Of a DNA stretch of 27,467 nucleotides, positions 24,994-27,467 are shown piece after piece. A model generated the notes under the pieces. It searched no databases and was not told the origin of the DNA. It was given only the letters and a program-made list of their open reading frames with translations. How positions within the stretch are numbered: the stretch's first letter is position 1; each line of letters begins with the position of its first letter. Origin of the DNA: a virus (lineage: Duplodnaviria > Caudoviricetes); the IMG/VR virus record IMGVR_UViG_3300048575_000466, positions 1 through 27,467 of that record. One strand, written 5' to 3'. The position numbers were made by a program, and so were the translations under genes.

Positions 24994-26614
24994 GGTCGTG
25001 GCGTCCTTTGCCTATCAGGTTGCGACCGCCGGCCTTGGGCACGCGGGTGAAGGCCATGGCGGCGAAACCGCGTGAAGCGGCCTGCCACAGCATCTCCAGG
25101 GCGTCCGGGCCGTCGTCGTGGTCGGCTTTTGGGAAGTGCTTGAGCTGTTCAATCAGCGTGCGCTGGCTGGTGTGCAGGCGGATGCGGCCCTGGGCGAAAT
25201 ACGGTTGCAGGGCTTCAATGCGAAGCGCCTTGTCGGCGATGGGCACAACGCCCCGGGCCGGGATGGCCAGGCCCCGCAGCATGGCCCGGCGGATCAATTC
25301 GGTGCGCAAGAACTCCTGAAACTGCACGCTCTCCACCACCCACAGCAGGCAGCGGTAGCGCTCGTGAAAGGTGATGACGTCTTCGATGATGCGGTCCGGC
25401 ACGCGCTTGCGGATGGCCGCCTCGACCACGTCCAGCACGCCGCGTTCGCGGGAATAGCCGCCGATGAGGATGGCCGAAGGGTCGCGGCCGGCACCGGACT
25501 TGCCGAGGCTCGGGTCCAGCGCCCCGAAATAGCGCCAATCGTCGCGGCGCTCCACCCAAAAGGTGAGGCAGGCGGCAAAGGGCGCGTCCTCGCCGGAGAG
25601 CGGGTCGTTTTGCTGCTCGCTGTCGAAAGCGGCGTGGCCGTCGCGGGCGCGCTTGAGCATGAGCTTGTAAAGCGGCCGCGCCGACGGCCAGGAAACCACG
25701 GCGCCTTTTTCCATGGCCTTGCCGGCCTTCTTGTAGAAGACCATGGCCGCGTCCTCGCCCAGGGCAAGCAGGATCTCTTCCCAGCGGTCCCACAGGTCCA
25801 TGCGCTCCGGCCACTGGAGGATGGCCTTGAACTTGCGCGAGCGCCACAGCCGATTGCCGAGCAGCCGGGCCAGCACGGAATCGTAATGCAGCACCGTGCC
25901 GACCAGGATCACGTCCATGGTGTCGCCGGCCTCGCCAAGCGACAAAACCGTCTTTTGCAGCCAGCTTTGCAGCTTGTCGCGCTGTTCCGGGCTTTTCACG
26001 TTCTCGTCGTTTTCCAGGTCGTCGCAGATGACCAGGTCCGGCCGGTGCGGGCCGTGGCGCAGGCCGCGCATGCGCTTGCCCGAGCCGAAGGCTTGCAGCT
26101 TGGCCCCGCCGGCGGTGATGGCCACGCCCACGTTCCAGACGCGCCCCAGGCCCACGGCCTCGGGCCAGTCCATGGCCAGGCGCGGGTTGGCCTCCAGCTC
26201 CACCTTGACCGCCTCCAGCAGCGCGGCGGCCTGCTCGAAGGCGTCGGCGATGAGGATTATGTAGCGCTTGCGGCCGGTGAGCAGGCACCACAAGACGAAG
26301 ATCATGGCCACGATGGTGGACTTGGCTTCGCCGCGCGGCGCGGCGCAGGCCAGCCGCTGGCCGTCCGGGTGGTCCACCAGCGCCGGCAAGGTCTTGTCGA
26401 GCCAGGCGTGCAAGACGCTGTCGCCGTAGCGGTTGTAATGCGGAAAATAGGTGTGGCGGAAAAACGAGAAATCGCCCCGCACGCGCTCCCGGCGTTCCCG
26501 CGAGGCGGCCGGGTCCGCAGCGAAGCCGTCGCACTCGGCCTCGATGGTGCGGCGCATGCTTTCGGCCAGCCGCGCCAGCTCGGCCAGGAAGTCCTTTTGC
26601 TTGAGCTTGGCCAT
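24974..26614 (-). CDS. terL: Terminase large subunit, 546 aa
   Basis: Walker A APRGEAKST, Walker B LVICDDLE, nuclease GALDPSLG and HDDGPDALE; directly upstream of portal. Confidence 0.95.
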   Translation of the reverse strand: MAKLKQKDFLAELARLAESMRRTIEAECDGFAADPAASRERRERVRGDFSFFRHTYFPHYNRYGDSVLHAWLDKTLPALVDHPDGQRLACAAPRGEAKSTIVAMIFVLWCLLTGRKRYIILIADAFEQAAALLEAVKVELEANPRLAMDWPEAVGLGRVWNVGVAITAGGAKLQAFGSGKRMRGLRHGPHRPDLVICDDLENDENVKSPEQRDKLQSWLQKTVLSLGEAGDTMDVILVGTVLHYDSVLARLLGNRLWRSRKFKAILQWPERMDLWDRWEEILLALGEDAAMVFYKKAGKAMEKGAVVSWPSARPLYKLMLKRARDGHAAFDSEQQNDPLSGEDAPFAACLTFWVERRDDWRYFGALDPSLGKSGAGRDPSAILIGGYSRERGVLDVVEAAIRKRVPDRIIEDVITFHERYRCLLWVVESVQFQEFLRTELIRRAMLRGLAIPARGVVPIADKALRIEALQPYFAQGRIRLHTSQRTLIEQLKHFPKADHDDGPDALEMLWQAASRGFAAMAFTRVPKAGGRNLIGKGRHDHDDDDD

Positions 26615-26617
26615 GGG

Positions 26618-27118
26618 CTACCCGAAGAGCCTCGCGACTTCGGCCCCGAACGGTTCCAGCACCTCCAGGAAGGCCGGGCCGTGCTGGGGGTAGTGGTCGC
26701 GGATGAAAAGGCCCAGCTTGTCCAGCACCGAAAGCGCCGTGGCCAGCTCGGACGTCTCGGGCAGCACGCGCTTGCTGGCCGCCACGGTCTTGTTGAAGCT
26801 GTCGGCCAGGCTGGCCAGCATATCGACCTTGGCCGCCGCCGGCATGTCGGCATCGCTGGAAATGATGTCCATCATGGCCTTGTGCTGCACCACGTAGTCG
26901 GCCAGCATTTGCCGGGCCACCGCTTCCACGCCGTCGCCGGCGAGCAGGCAGGCGGCCCGCAGCTTGTCCCAATCCTCGCCGGCTTCCCGGGCCTTGCGCT
27001 TCCAGCGGGTGGCCGTGCCCGGGGACACGCCGGCCCGGGCGGCGGCCATGTCCAGGGGCAACCGCTCGTGCACGTAGGCGGCCCGCACGGCCGCGACCTT
27101 TTCCGAACCGTGGGCCAT
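26618..27118 (-). CDS. DUF1804-like HTH protein, probable small terminase, 166 aa
   Basis: MAHGSE.. HTH-like AAARAGVSPGTATRWKRKA..GEDWDKLRAA; directly upstream of terL; start set at ATG 27118. Confidence 0.85.
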   Translation of the reverse strand: MAHGSEKVAAVRAAYVHERLPLDMAAARAGVSPGTATRWKRKAREAGEDWDKLRAACLLAGDGVEAVARQMLADYVVQHKAMMDIISSDADMPAAAKVDMLASLADSFNKTVAASKRVLPETSELATALSVLDKLGLFIRDHYPQHGPAFLEVLEPFGAEVARLFG

Positions 27119-27120
27119 GG

Positions 27121-27312
27121 CTACCAGCCCATCTTGGCCTTGATGTAGCCGATGGCGATGGCCACCACGCCGCCGGCGACGGAGCCGGACAGGCCGCCGG
27201 CCAGGCAAGCCCGCCGGTCCACGGCGTCGAGTTGCGCCGTCACCTTGTCCACCTTGCCGTCGATCCGTCGCAGCAGTTCCAATTCCGTGGGCTGCCCCTT
27301 GTTTTCGCTCAT
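27121..27312 (-). CDS. Small hypothetical protein with C-terminal hydrophobic helix, 63 aa
   Basis: GGAGG RBS, ATGA coupling; coiled segment then AGGLSGSVAGGVVAIAIGYIK. Confidence 0.8.
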   Translation of the reverse strand: MSENKGQPTELELLRRIDGKVDKVTAQLDAVDRRACLAGGLSGSVAGGVVAIAIGYIKAKMGW

Positions 27313-27467
27313 GATTTCCCTCCTCCGATGAGGCGATCCAACTTGTCTTCAATGGCCTTGAGGCGGTCCAACATCTCGGTGCGCATCAACAAGTAGTCGT
27401 CGCGGCGCACGCAGCCGTCCGCCACCTTTTCCCGCAGGGCCGCCACCTCGGCTTCGTTGCGTTTGAG
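27309..27467 (-). CDS. Partial coiled-coil hypothetical protein (3' end only; Mu gp25-like position)
   Basis: Open frame from the window edge: LKRNEAEVAALREKVADGCVRRDDYLLMRTEMLDRLKAIEDKLDRLIGGGKS*, stop overlapping the next ATG. Confidence 0.7.
   Translation of the reverse strand, partial: LKRNEAEVAALREKVADGCVRRDDYLLMRTEMLDRLKAIEDKLDRLIGGGKS

Larger units (their letters stand above)
1..27467 (-). mobile_element. Mu-like (transposable, contractile-tailed) prophage, late gene region; both ends lie outside the window
   Basis: Co-oriented, tightly coupled genes in Mu order: terminase, portal, MuF, G, I/Z, T, gp36-38, sheath, tube, TMP, N, gp44-48, fibres, com plus modification gene. Confidence 0.96.

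Noticed and set aside
3230-27148. Very long + strand ORFs (3230..5215, 10223..11665, 11689..14049, 22633..25050, 25118..27148)
   Set aside because: Antisense shadows of recognisable phage genes, expected in high-GC DNA with few stops; no motifs of their own.

Overview
The whole window is the late (morphogenesis) region of a transposable Mu-like myovirus prophage, almost entirely on the minus strand of GC-rich DNA (sampled 60-mers 70-75% GC). Reading right to left the order follows phage Mu: two small proteins, DUF1804 small terminase, large terminase, portal, MuF head protein, gpG-like, protease/scaffold, major head, gp35-38-like, sheath, tube, frameshifting tail chaperone, tape measure, gpN, baseplate gp44-48, a mosaic tail fibre/adhesin module, and a com-like zinc finger overlapping a DNA methyltransferase in the mom position. 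Two AT-rich morons interrupt it: a GIY-YIG-like nuclease plus unknown partner on the + strand, and a solitary P-loop ATPase. Each is followed by a near-identical, probably leaderless late promoter. The most intriguing observation is a MuF protein with a probable RNase-toxin-like C-terminus that has no immunity ORF and is instead followed by a 103-nt multi-stem, potentially pseudoknotted RNA-like element. A second cloverleaf element precedes com. Family assignments come from motif recognition and gene order, not database searches, and RNA folds were paired by hand.
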